Virus record (IMG/VR): IMGVR_UViG_3300002092_001237
Span: 43,690-107,689 of that record
Strand: one strand, 5' to 3'
Source of the DNA: a virus
Length of the DNA: 64,000 bases
Positions 8,826 to 19,400 of the stretch are shown here, piece by piece (position 1 is the first letter of the stretch; each line of letters opens with the position of its first letter). The notes beneath the pieces are model-generated. The model saw nothing but the letters and a program-made list of their open reading frames with translations. It was not told where the DNA came from and did no database searches. Made by a program: the position numbers and the translations under genes.

Positions 8826-11800
8826 TTATAACCTCTCTTGCTGGAAATGCGATGTATTTATCGCCGTACTCACCGGTCACACTATCGATTATGGCTCGGT
8901 CTATCGTTAAGTCAATCGTAGTAAAATCGAATTTAGAATTCTTTATATTAAGAATTATATAATCTGCTTCACCTGGTAAACAATAGCATAAAGGTATCGC
9001 TTTAGTAAATCCCTGTTCAACACCGCTACGTGTCTGTGGAGTACGCATCCATAATGGGAGATAGTTTCGCTCAGTGTCACCAACTGCTGATATAATCTTA
9101 CGTATATTCGTGACACTATTTCCAAATATAGTTTTAAAATCATCGCTTATAAGTTGACCACCATAATCTACAGATATAACCCTGTCCTGCATCATTATAC
9201 GTGGCAATACATCTTCGCTCATCTTATTGATATTATTATCATATATATCGCTATCTATAGTATCTCTGCGCCCTTGATTGATCGATGTCCTGAATGGAAT
9301 ATTTTTCGTCTTTATCGTCATCGGAACAGAACTAGTTTCATTTTCTAGATTATCGATGATCTGTAAGTATATGACTTCATATATAACCGTATTAGTGCCT
9401 GGTTTTTTTCCTACAGCTTTTTTAAGTTCCCCTATGCGGAATCTCTTCCAACTAGTTCGTCCAAATGCCGATGCATATTGCGCTGCTGTTTTAGTTTCAA
9501 TTCCTGGGTATAATAGCATCTTTAGATCGGTCTGTATACCGAACTCTGGATCTCCCATACGATATATTTTTTCTCTAACGAAAATACCAGGATCAGTTAA
9601 GAAAGATGTAACTGTTATTCTATTATCTCTTTTCATAAACGGTTTTACATATATGTTGCTGTATAACTTATTGTTAGGAGTATTAACAGCAATCTTAAAA
9701 GTTTTAGCGACAGCGGAATAGGTGAACTGATCCTTTGCTTCAACCGTAAATAGATATTCTCTATCAAGTGATGTTTTGTGATTATCAAAAGATGTAATAT
9801 TACCATCGATGATAGTTAATCCGGGGTTAGTAGAAGTTCCAAACTGATTTATTTTTCCCTGTAGTGTACCATCGTTGACAAGGGTTATTCCAGGGGGTAA
9901 TCTGCCTCCAACGAGAGCATAAGATAGAGATGCACTTGTAATGCTAGTCACAGCTTCAACTGCTAACGTACTAACAAAATTAGCATCGATTAATCCCAAA
10001 TCTCCATCTGTTATAAAATGAATCGTGCTTTCAATATCTCCCATTAGATCTATTGTAAATGTTCGAGTGCTACTAACGATAAATGTAAAGATGAAACTGA
10101 TACCAACAGGTACTAGGATAGATACACCTTGGCTTAGTGTGACGGTCTTCTTTATAGGATTAACCTCTATTACGATAGTTCCCTGTCCGACATAGTTAGT
10201 CGTACCCACACTTGTTACTAAACTACCTACTCGTATGCCTATCGTAGAATCTAGTGTTAATACATTACCTCTTAAGCTAGTTGATGTTGTTGTAGTTCTC
10301 TTTATAGAACTATTATCAAACGGGTCATAACGTATAGCCATGATCGTAAATTCATAAGTCCTTGTAATTGCAGGCTGCTGTGGTACTGATCCATATATTT
10401 CACCAGTTATCTGATCCAGCATCATTCCTGGTGGAAGTCCGGCAATTCTGCCTTCGGATGTAATATTGCCATCGTTAACGTTTGGATTTTTAACATAGAG
10501 ATAACCGATAGTTCCCTGTAGTGTTGCAGGATCGAAAACATCTAAGAAAATAGTGATGTAGTTATTAGCACGTTTTCGTCCTAGATTTGGAGCAGTTATC
10601 CAAATTGGTTTCCTGAGATAAGCTATATCTGCTGTATAAACAGTAGACCCCGAATGCATTACAGTAGTATCAGATCTGAATAAATCATCCCCTACTACGA
10701 AAATTCTAAATTTCTTATCAGAGTAATATGCACCATCAGATGCTCTAACTACGAATTCATAATATCGATTTAATTTCTTTGGTGTCCTAACAGGATCGCT
10801 ATAGTCATATCTCACATTGTCGTATAAAAAATCTTCATACCCGTTAGTTGGGCGTTCTCCAAAATCGTAAGGTTCTTCGTCGTATCTATCCTCATCATAG
10901 AATCCAGAATCGTTTCCCTGTAGTGTTGATAAGATAGCATCTGTAAATCCAATTAATCTTCCTGAACTAGTTAGTGTTATCCCCGGAGGTAATGAACCGC
11001 CTCTTGGTGGAATATAATAAGTTAATCGTGTGCCTGTAGCAGTATCATTATCGATAGCAGATAACTGATAATCTATCTGGCTATTGTCTAACACGAATAA
11101 ATTAGTATGATCTTCTTTGTAGCTAAAGGTCAGTTCGGGTATGCGTGTCTCATATACAGTTCCGTTTGCTCCTGTTATATCCAAACCATTATATACGAAT
11201 ATAGTGCCCACTACCGGATTTTTACCAGCACCAATATCTGACCAATTAGTAGTACCTATTGTTTTGATTTTATATGTAGTACCTACTACTAATAAAGATT
11301 GATTTACGGTTATTTGGAATGTTAAATCTCTTGTTATAGGATGACTTAATCTAATTTTCCTATTAACTAGATCTATCGAATTTACTATAGTTCCATTAAC
11401 AAATGGGGTAGTATAGCTATCTATCGAGATAGTGCTTCCTAATCGAATACCACGCGACGATGACACATATATAATGGTATCTTCTTTTAAGGCTTCGCGC
11501 ACTAATCGTCGAGTTGCTGTTATTACTCTTTTACCACTAGTTCCGACTGGTAAGGTATAAGCAGTATCGGACGGAGCGGGAGACCATCGAGGAGCGTCGG
11601 GGCCTTGTACTGTTATTAAGAACGTTCTATCGGATATTCCGTCAAGGTTACTAGCACGTAATACGAATTTAAATTCAGTATTCTCTACTACCTCATATGG
11701 TGTTCCTATAATAGAATGATTTTCTATTCTCAATCCAGGAGGCATATTACCGGATATAACATCTATGAAGATATCGCCGGGAAATGTAATATAACCATTT

Positions 11801-12720
11801 CCTAAAATTATCGGCGTGCTGCGATATTGTGGTCCTACTATATATGGATATACCGGTATCGATGGTTGTTCTGGATCGACGGTTATGAAATATGCATATG
11901 TGCCATTGGGAAATTCTGGAGTCTTACATTCTCTACCATTATATTGATCTAGATCACCGTGTCCTGCATAAACGAAATCTTCGATGTATGATCCGTCAGG
12001 TACTGTCCCATTGCCTCGTTCTGAGTCTGATAAGCGATACCCCGTTTCCATAATTCTTATACCACTATTTGGATTATCTGAGATAGAATATCCATATGGC
12101 CCATATATAGGCCATCCGTCGAACGCATAACCTAATATTGGACTATGCTGACTAGAATTCTTAGTGTATAGTAATGTTGGATCACTGTGATAATAAAATT
12201 TTCCATCTGGATCGATTATACCCGATCCGTCGGTGAAGTAATTGTTTAATTCTGGCTGTTTCTGTATAGGATAGATAACATTATTTTCTGTATATTTAAA
12301 ATCTCTTATAGTAACTGTTTTTCCCAAAGATGGACTTTTAAAAGGTACACCGTCTATAGCGATACCTATAAAATCACTTGTTTCGAACTTAATTTCGGGA
12401 TCATCTGGAAATACAGGTATTTGAAAAACATAAGATTGTGCGATTGGTCTATATCGATTATATCCAGCAGGTGCACCTAGCCATGCTGTACGTGCTAATC
12501 CTGTGCTTTCTATATAAAAGAAATCTTTGTTAGCATACCAAGACAGTCCTGCAAATCGATCTGTCTTATGAGGTATGACTTGATTTTCAGTATCGCTGAC
12601 TAATAGCTCTATTGGTGCTCGTTGTCCAGACTTAGGATTATCTACAAGCATAACTCTTTCTTGTAGAGTTGCGAGAATTGTATTTGAATTTTGTGATGCG
12701 TCCCAGCTAGGCGTTGCCAT
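8818..12720 (-). CDS. large baseplate wedge-like protein with YHYH domain and Ig-like repeats
   Basis: YYHSDP..HSPILGYAFDGWPIYGPYG..GDLDQYNGR (YHYH); repeated G.LPPG..L..G motifs. Confidence 0.65.
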   Translation of the reverse strand: MATPSWDASQNSNTILATLQERVMLVDNPKSGQRAPIELLVSDTENQVIPHKTDRFAGLSWYANKDFFYIESTGLARTAWLGAPAGYNRYRPIAQSYVFQIPVFPDDPEIKFETSDFIGIAIDGVPFKSPSLGKTVTIRDFKYTENNVIYPIQKQPELNNYFTDGSGIIDPDGKFYYHSDPTLLYTKNSSQHSPILGYAFDGWPIYGPYGYSISDNPNSGIRIMETGYRLSDSERGNGTVPDGSYIEDFVYAGHGDLDQYNGRECKTPEFPNGTYAYFITVDPEQPSIPVYPYIVGPQYRSTPIILGNGYITFPGDIFIDVISGNMPPGLRIENHSIIGTPYEVVENTEFKFVLRASNLDGISDRTFLITVQGPDAPRWSPAPSDTAYTLPVGTSGKRVITATRRLVREALKEDTIIYVSSSRGIRLGSTISIDSYTTPFVNGTIVNSIDLVNRKIRLSHPITRDLTFQITVNQSLLVVGTTYKIKTIGTTNWSDIGAGKNPVVGTIFVYNGLDITGANGTVYETRIPELTFSYKEDHTNLFVLDNSQIDYQLSAIDNDTATGTRLTYYIPPRGGSLPPGITLTSSGRLIGFTDAILSTLQGNDSGFYDEDRYDEEPYDFGERPTNGYEDFLYDNVRYDYSDPVRTPKKLNRYYEFVVRASDGAYYSDKKFRIFVVGDDLFRSDTTVMHSGSTVYTADIAYLRKPIWITAPNLGRKRANNYITIFLDVFDPATLQGTIGYLYVKNPNVNDGNITSEGRIAGLPPGMMLDQITGEIYGSVPQQPAITRTYEFTIMAIRYDPFDNSSIKRTTTTSTSLRGNVLTLDSTIGIRVGSLVTSVGTTNYVGQGTIVIEVNPIKKTVTLSQGVSILVPVGISFIFTFIVSSTRTFTIDLMGDIESTIHFITDGDLGLIDANFVSTLAVEAVTSITSASLSYALVGGRLPPGITLVNDGTLQGKINQFGTSTNPGLTIIDGNITSFDNHKTSLDREYLFTVEAKDQFTYSAVAKTFKIAVNTPNNKLYSNIYVKPFMKRDNRITVTSFLTDPGIFVREKIYRMGDPEFGIQTDLKMLLYPGIETKTAAQYASAFGRTSWKRFRIGELKKAVGKKPGTNTVIYEVIYLQIIDNLENETSSVPMTIKTKNIPFRTSINQGRRDTIDSDIYDNNINKMSEDVLPRIMMQDRVISVDYGGQLISDDFKTIFGNSVTNIRKIISAVGDTERNYLPLWMRTPQTRSGVEQGFTKAIPLCYCLPGEADYIILNIKNSKFDFTTIDLTIDRAIIDSVTGEYGDKYIAFPAREVING

Positions 12721-12762
12721 TATTTCCGATCTCCGTACAATATTTATCGTAGGGAGTTTTGT

Positions 12763-13434
12763 TTAAACTATAGCACCGTAATCGAGATCAATGTAAGTTG
12801 GATTGGCATAGGTTCCTAGGTCGAAATTCTGCTGCATCATTAGCCATTCTATGAAAGATTTTGGTAAAGGGTTTGATAATAATCCAAAATCAAAATCATT
12901 AACTTGATTATTTACACGCTTTAAATCAATGCCATTTCCTGTTATATTATAACCATTTAGATCTAGATTGGCTCCTAATCTTGGTGTAGTTTCTCTCTGT
13001 ATGCGCCCGTCGACTGTTATCGTATCTCCGATAATAGTAGTATGTACGCTACCGTCTCCTGAGATAGTTATACTTTTTGGAGCAGTAGTAGTTGTTATAT
13101 AATGGTTATCATCTGTTGTTATTCTGTTTATCGCGGGCCAAGTATTTTTTATAACAATATGATCGCTTCGAGCACTTAGTAGATCGTTGGGATCTATATG
13201 TGGATTTACTACGGATATACCGTCGCTTTGTACTAGAGATCTAAAACGTAGGTCTACGCCGTTTTTCTCTTTGAATATCCCAACGCCGGTGCCGGCATTA
13301 CTCGCAGTATTATTCTGTCCAAGATGTAGGTAGATTTCATCAAAATTATCGTTTACTTTTACAAAGGCCGTACGTAGGTCATCACCTGTTCCGTCGTTGA
13401 TATAATTTCCTACGTTTATCGTTTGTAAAGCCAT
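12763..13434 (-). CDS. baseplate/tail fibre connector (T4 gp9/gp10-like N-terminus)
   Basis: INVG..NDGTGDDLRTAFVKVNDNF motif. Confidence 0.7.
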   Translation of the reverse strand: MALQTINVGNYINDGTGDDLRTAFVKVNDNFDEIYLHLGQNNTASNAGTGVGIFKEKNGVDLRFRSLVQSDGISVVNPHIDPNDLLSARSDHIVIKNTWPAINRITTDDNHYITTTTAPKSITISGDGSVHTTIIGDTITVDGRIQRETTPRLGANLDLNGYNITGNGIDLKRVNNQVNDFDFGLLSNPLPKSFIEWLMMQQNFDLGTYANPTYIDLDYGAIV

Positions 13435-13462
13435 AATCTATCTCCGTAAGTATTTATCGGTG

Positions 13463-16400
13463 TTAGTGTTTACCCACTAACACCTCTATTACGCTAACTC
13501 TATCGCCATCATAGTCCGCTAATGCTTTACCTATGATGCTACCTGCTCTAGGATCTTCGCTAGCCATAGCAACACCCGGAACCATACTAACAACCATCAT
13601 GTCACCTTTAGAAACCTTACCAATAACCTTACATGGTACGCGACCTTGTAGTGCTACAGTAGCAACGAATTCAGCTTCTAGCGCACTATTCATTAAATGT
13701 GCTGGATGTTCCGATATAACCCCTGCTACTTTAGTAGTACCTTGACCTTTGGCCAATGTTACTTCCTGTTCGCCGCCGATCATCAACACTGTACCGGGCT
13801 CGTATTTCTGATCTGCTACATAATTTTCTGCCAAGTCAGCATAACGTGCTTGTGTAGCAGTACCATATATTAGATTCCAATTTAATCCACTACTGCCTAG
13901 GTTGTATGTTGCGTTCGCTAATGGTAATATATTTAGAGTATAAAGATCACAACTATTGATATCAATACCTTTATAGTTTCGAATGTAGGCATGATTATTT
14001 GAGTTTAAGCCAATACTTAATACTCTATTATCACCACCACTAAATGTAAAATTCGAATTAATAGTACTATTGGCCCAAGTAAATACTTCCCCTGCATCAA
14101 CACCTGCCGGCGTCGTACCAAAAATCGAACTTATTCTTAAATTACCTGCTGTTATACTACCACCAGAAGTTATAGAACCTGCTGTTATACTACCACCAGA
14201 AGTTATAGAACCTGCTGTTATACTACCACCAGAAGTTATAGCACCTGCTGTTACAGTACCAAATGTTGAATTACCGGAAGAATCTCTTGATACTAAGTTT
14301 TGGGCACTAATAACCGTAGAACTATATGTAATAGTACCAAATTGTCCACTACCGAGTCGGGTCAATACACCAGTACCTACGCTGCTATTCGGAATACTAT
14401 ACGCAGCAGCTAAAGCACCGTCTACGACTGCGGTAAAATTAATCGCCGTTGGAGTAGCGGCGCCTGCTGTACTATTTCCAACGACAGTATTACCACTGAT
14501 CGCTAACAGCCTATCTAATTTTAAGCTATTTGATTTAATGCTAGCGAACCCTGTACTAACGGTAAATTGATTAGCATCAAGACTAACTGCACCTCTTAGG
14601 GATCTTATAGTAGCAGTCGTTAATGTTGCAACACCGCTAATTATGCTAGAATATGTGATAGTAGATGATCCAGCACTATTAGTAGTAGCACCAGATACGA
14701 TGTATGTACCATTATATCCTGTAATACCAGTGACACCTGCTATAACTATTCTAGATCCTACTGGAAATGTATATCCAGTAATCGGAGTCAACCCATCTAA
14801 TTGTAAAGGACTAGAGAATGTCACGGTAACCGTTGTACCATTACCTGATATACCTGTTATAGTTATAGTTTCACCATAACTAGCATTAGCATTATCGATC
14901 GACAATTTAGTATGATCGATAGCTGCTGTTGCAGATACTTTGCTATCTACTACTGCACCGGATTGTATAGTATATGTTAATATATTACCAGTTGGACCAG
15001 TAGCACTTAAAGCACCGACTACGTCACCTGCTGTTCTAGTATTGACCCATTTAGTGCCGCTATACACCATCATATCGCTACCAGTAGGCCCGGTTGGAGT
15101 AGTATATAAAACATCGCCTAGTTGTGCGACATTTGCTTTAGTGTCAACATAGCCCTTGGTAGAAGCATCTGCGGTATCAGTTGGTGTTCCTACATTGGTT
15201 ATCTTATTGCTGTTCATTCCGATACTATCCGGAACAGTAACCACTCCAGCACCGCCGGGGGTACTAGTTACCGTAGTGCTCGAAACAGTAGTATAAGTAA
15301 ACGATGACAACGAAACAATGCCAGTAACTGTTGTTGTAGTATTAAATGATGTATCAGTAAGTCCTGATATAGTGATTATAGAACCTACACTAAGAGCATT
15401 TGGCTGTGAAGTAACGATAGTTGCTGTTGTACCGGTTCTTGCGAAAGTAGCTATAGCAATCTGTGAAGTCGATCCCATAACGAACAGATCTATCTCATAT
15501 CTTGTACCGCCGGTTAATTTTAAAAATTGATCAACATAGCTCTTATTAGCAGCATCGGTGCCACTAGAGGGTGCTACTACGTTTGCTATCTTATTAGTAC
15601 CCATATCCAGGGTACCTTTCATCGTCACGCCAGCGCCGGGCTGTAGTGGTAAGAATCCCGAGCCGATCGGTGAAGTGCTAACGGTACCGTTTAGATCTAC
15701 ACCAAGTCTACGATTTACATATTCTCTAACAGATGACATAGTTGGAACAGCATCACCAATATCTGGCATAGTAGCATCGTTTAAGAATTGAGTTATGAAT
15801 ACTCCGCTCTTAAATCCGAGACCAGTTAATCCACTAAGAACGATACTAGCACTAAAGCTAACTGTACCAGTACCTTGATCAACTGTAAAGAATCTACCTA
15901 CACGGAAGAATCCGTCTTGGTTAGTTGCTGCGAAGAACACACGCCCTCGGTTTTTTTCTTGAACTTCCGCTTTAGTATTACTACCCACCGAATCAACAGC
16001 ATTGTTATTATCAACCTTAGCTTCATAAGGAACACCATTTATGCTATTAGGATAATTTGAAGTATTATATCCCCCCGTTCCAATGTTCAAGAAGTCATGG
16101 CTTGTAACACGATTAGTACTGATATTGGCGGTTAATAATCCTGATATTTCTTGTACTACAGCATTGGTACTGTGTACTGCTGCTACAGTACCTAATTGAG
16201 CACGATTAACACCTGTTAATGTAGTAGTGCTACTGATTCCCGTGAATGAGAAGATTTCGCTATCTATTCTAACATATCTAGTATAAGTTCCATTATATGA
16301 GAACGTAGAGTTAGATGCCATTACTATAGTATTAACAGCACCGGTACCAGATATGCTCGATGATATAGTCGATGATCCATATGATTTTATTCCGGCGCTG

Positions 16401-19400
16401 ATACTAACTCCGGTTGGAATAATAGTATTAGTCGGTAATGCTGAATTTAAAGTTAAGGTAGCATATGATCCAGGACTAGTGGCTGTATATGCTGTAATAG
16501 TTCTAGTATACCCCTTTGGAGTTACGTTTTGATCTACCCACCCAAATTCCATTCCTACTATTCTTGATTTGTCGATATCAGTTAGTTCATTTATGCGTAT
16601 AGTAGTCGCTCCACCTATCGCTGCTGTGTTTGTAACGGTAGCTGTAACGTAGCTATAATTACTATCAATCGTTATAAGACTAGTACCGCCTTGATATGCA
16701 TTTATAGTAACCGGAACACTAACATTTCCAACCGATACGTTATTTGAATTAGTTATAACCCATGTTGATGCATTTGTTGATGATACTGTTATAACTGATC
16801 CGTTTATCCCTGTACCACTTAATATCAATCCAGCTGATAATGAACCGTAACTTGGACTACCAACCACATTTAAAGTAAACCCACTTATATAACCACTAAA
16901 TGTACAGACCAGTGTTGGATTTTCGTTTAATGCTTCTGTAGTTCCATATCCTGCATCGCCTGGATTTCGACTGTTATTGTAATAATTAGATGATAGTGCG
17001 ACAGTTCTATAATTGTTAGAAATACCGTCATATGTAAAATCTAAAGCAGTTGAAGGCCGAGATGTTAGTCCTACGAAATTACCATAAAATTTAAAGATTT
17101 CTGTAGTTCTTAACACTACAAAATCACCGTCGTTCATATTTTCAGTGAATTTTGTCGATGCTCCGTCGATTCCGGTACCTAAGCTAATTTTTGCGATTTT
17201 AGTATTCAACGTCGCAGTAGCAGGAGTTGATAAAGTTGCCCCACTAATAATACCAATCGATGCCGGAATACCAAAGATAGTCCCCGCCGTTGGTACTCCA
17301 AATGTAAATGTGCCAGTTGCTGTTACAGGATTCACTAGGTTGGTGCTTATCGTAACCACAGCAGTAGTAGTAGTAAAAGTAGGTGAATTCATAGTCAGAG
17401 GAGTTAGATTTGGACCCGAGCTTACTAAAATACTCGACACATAAGTAGTAGCTGTTGAAGTAATAGGATTAGGAGTAGTTGAAAAAGTTACAGTCTGTCC
17501 GACCTGTAACGGACTTTCATAAACTGTAACTCCGGTTCCGAGCCCAGTTGTTGAGATACCATTATAGATGAAAGATGTTCCAATAGCTGGAGTTGCTACG
17601 CCAGTTGATACACCTATACTCCACCACTGGGCGGATGTAAGTACTACAGATCCTAGATTTGCAATATAGTATATCTTGTTTAAATTAGAATTACCTGATA
17701 TACTTGCAAGTGGAATAGCAGTGTATGCAGTACCGGCAGTTGTAGTTATTTGGAAGGACGATTGCCCCGTAGTACCGATAGTATTACCGGTCATAGTAAC
17801 AGCAGTAACACTGTTTTTACTACTATTGTTTGTTATATTCCAAGTTGTTGTTGTAACACCTCCAGTTGACGTAGTTGATGCTAAACTATTGACAATAACA
17901 TTATCAGTATATGCAGCATTTGTGCCACCAGTCCATATTAGAACCATACCGGGTGCTATAGCACCATACGTTGGATTACCAGTTACTGTTAGAAGTGTCG
18001 GAGTTGCTGCTGCTATAGTTCCAGTAAAAGATGTAACTGCTAAACCAGGACTAGCCAGTGCGACCCCAGTACCACTAGTTCCACTATATGATGGACCAGA
18101 GTTTAACACTGGGAATGTACCGTTAAAATCCGCCGAGTTGGCTGGTAATCCGTTACTTAATGTTACAGACGATGGTACACCACTTATTGTCACAGTATCG
18201 TAAAATGTTACAGTACCGCTAACCGCACCTGAATTAGGAGCACTCAACGTAACGGTATTTTCTTTTACCGAAACTACTGTTGGGAATAATTGTGCTGTTA
18301 AGGTAGCACTTGTAAATGTGAGATTATTGGGATTTGTTACAGTCCACGAATTACCACTGGATGTAATTACTATACCCGTTACAGATATGTTGTTAGGGTT
18401 TTTTATAACCCAGGATAATGCTGATCCCGATGATATAGACACTATCCCTGTTATACCAGTACCTGATAAAGTCTGTCCAACCGCAACAGTCCCTGACGTT
18501 ACAGATTGTATCGTCAGGGTAGTACCGGAGATTGAACCTGTAAATGTTGCTCCAGGTGTTGCAACAGCAACTACACGTATATTATAAGTTACGCCGCTGC
18601 CGGTTAGTAACAAGCCGTTATTGATTAACTGTCCTGGAACTAGAGTCTGATAACCTGTAGTAGTTAAGGTAGTTAATGTTCCCGAAGCGATAGTGCCTGT
18701 AAATGATGTAGTAAGACCAATATTTGTCCCTGCAACTATCTGTCCTTGATAGATGTTATAATTTGGAGCTACTACCGTGGGCGAAGTGAAATTGTTTACG
18801 GCACTTACGAGAGTTATAGTGTAAGAACCACTAGAACCTGTAACATTAGTTACTTGGGGAGTTCCACCATTAGGTGAGGTAGAGAATCCGTGCTGTGTAG
18901 TACATGTTATAGAACCCACTCCAGCACCGCCTTTTGCGATCATTGATATCGATGCACTATTAACGACGGGAGTGATATTATTGATAGTATACGTTGTCTT
19001 ACCTGCGACAGGATGATATACCTGTATTTCTGTTATTGAATATGGAACATAATCATATCCTACTATGGTCATAAGTGACCCGCTAGCAGCATTATAACTA
19101 GCTCCATTATATACAGAACCCTTCTTATATATTCTAGCATATTGAGTTAAATTATCTGCAAGTGTTACATATCTAGGAACTTCTCCTGGATCGGAACCTT
19201 CTGCTTTTAGCCCAAAAAATCCGTTTGAATTTGATCCACTAACTGCACGTATCTGTCCACCATTGATAGAATAATATGCTGTATGGCAATAGTATGTAAA
19301 CACACTGACTAATTCCATCAGCGCATTATTGGTTACCATTATACCATATGCTATATCGTTTACCTGTGTAAAGTGTGTCGCTAGCATACTTTTATTACCA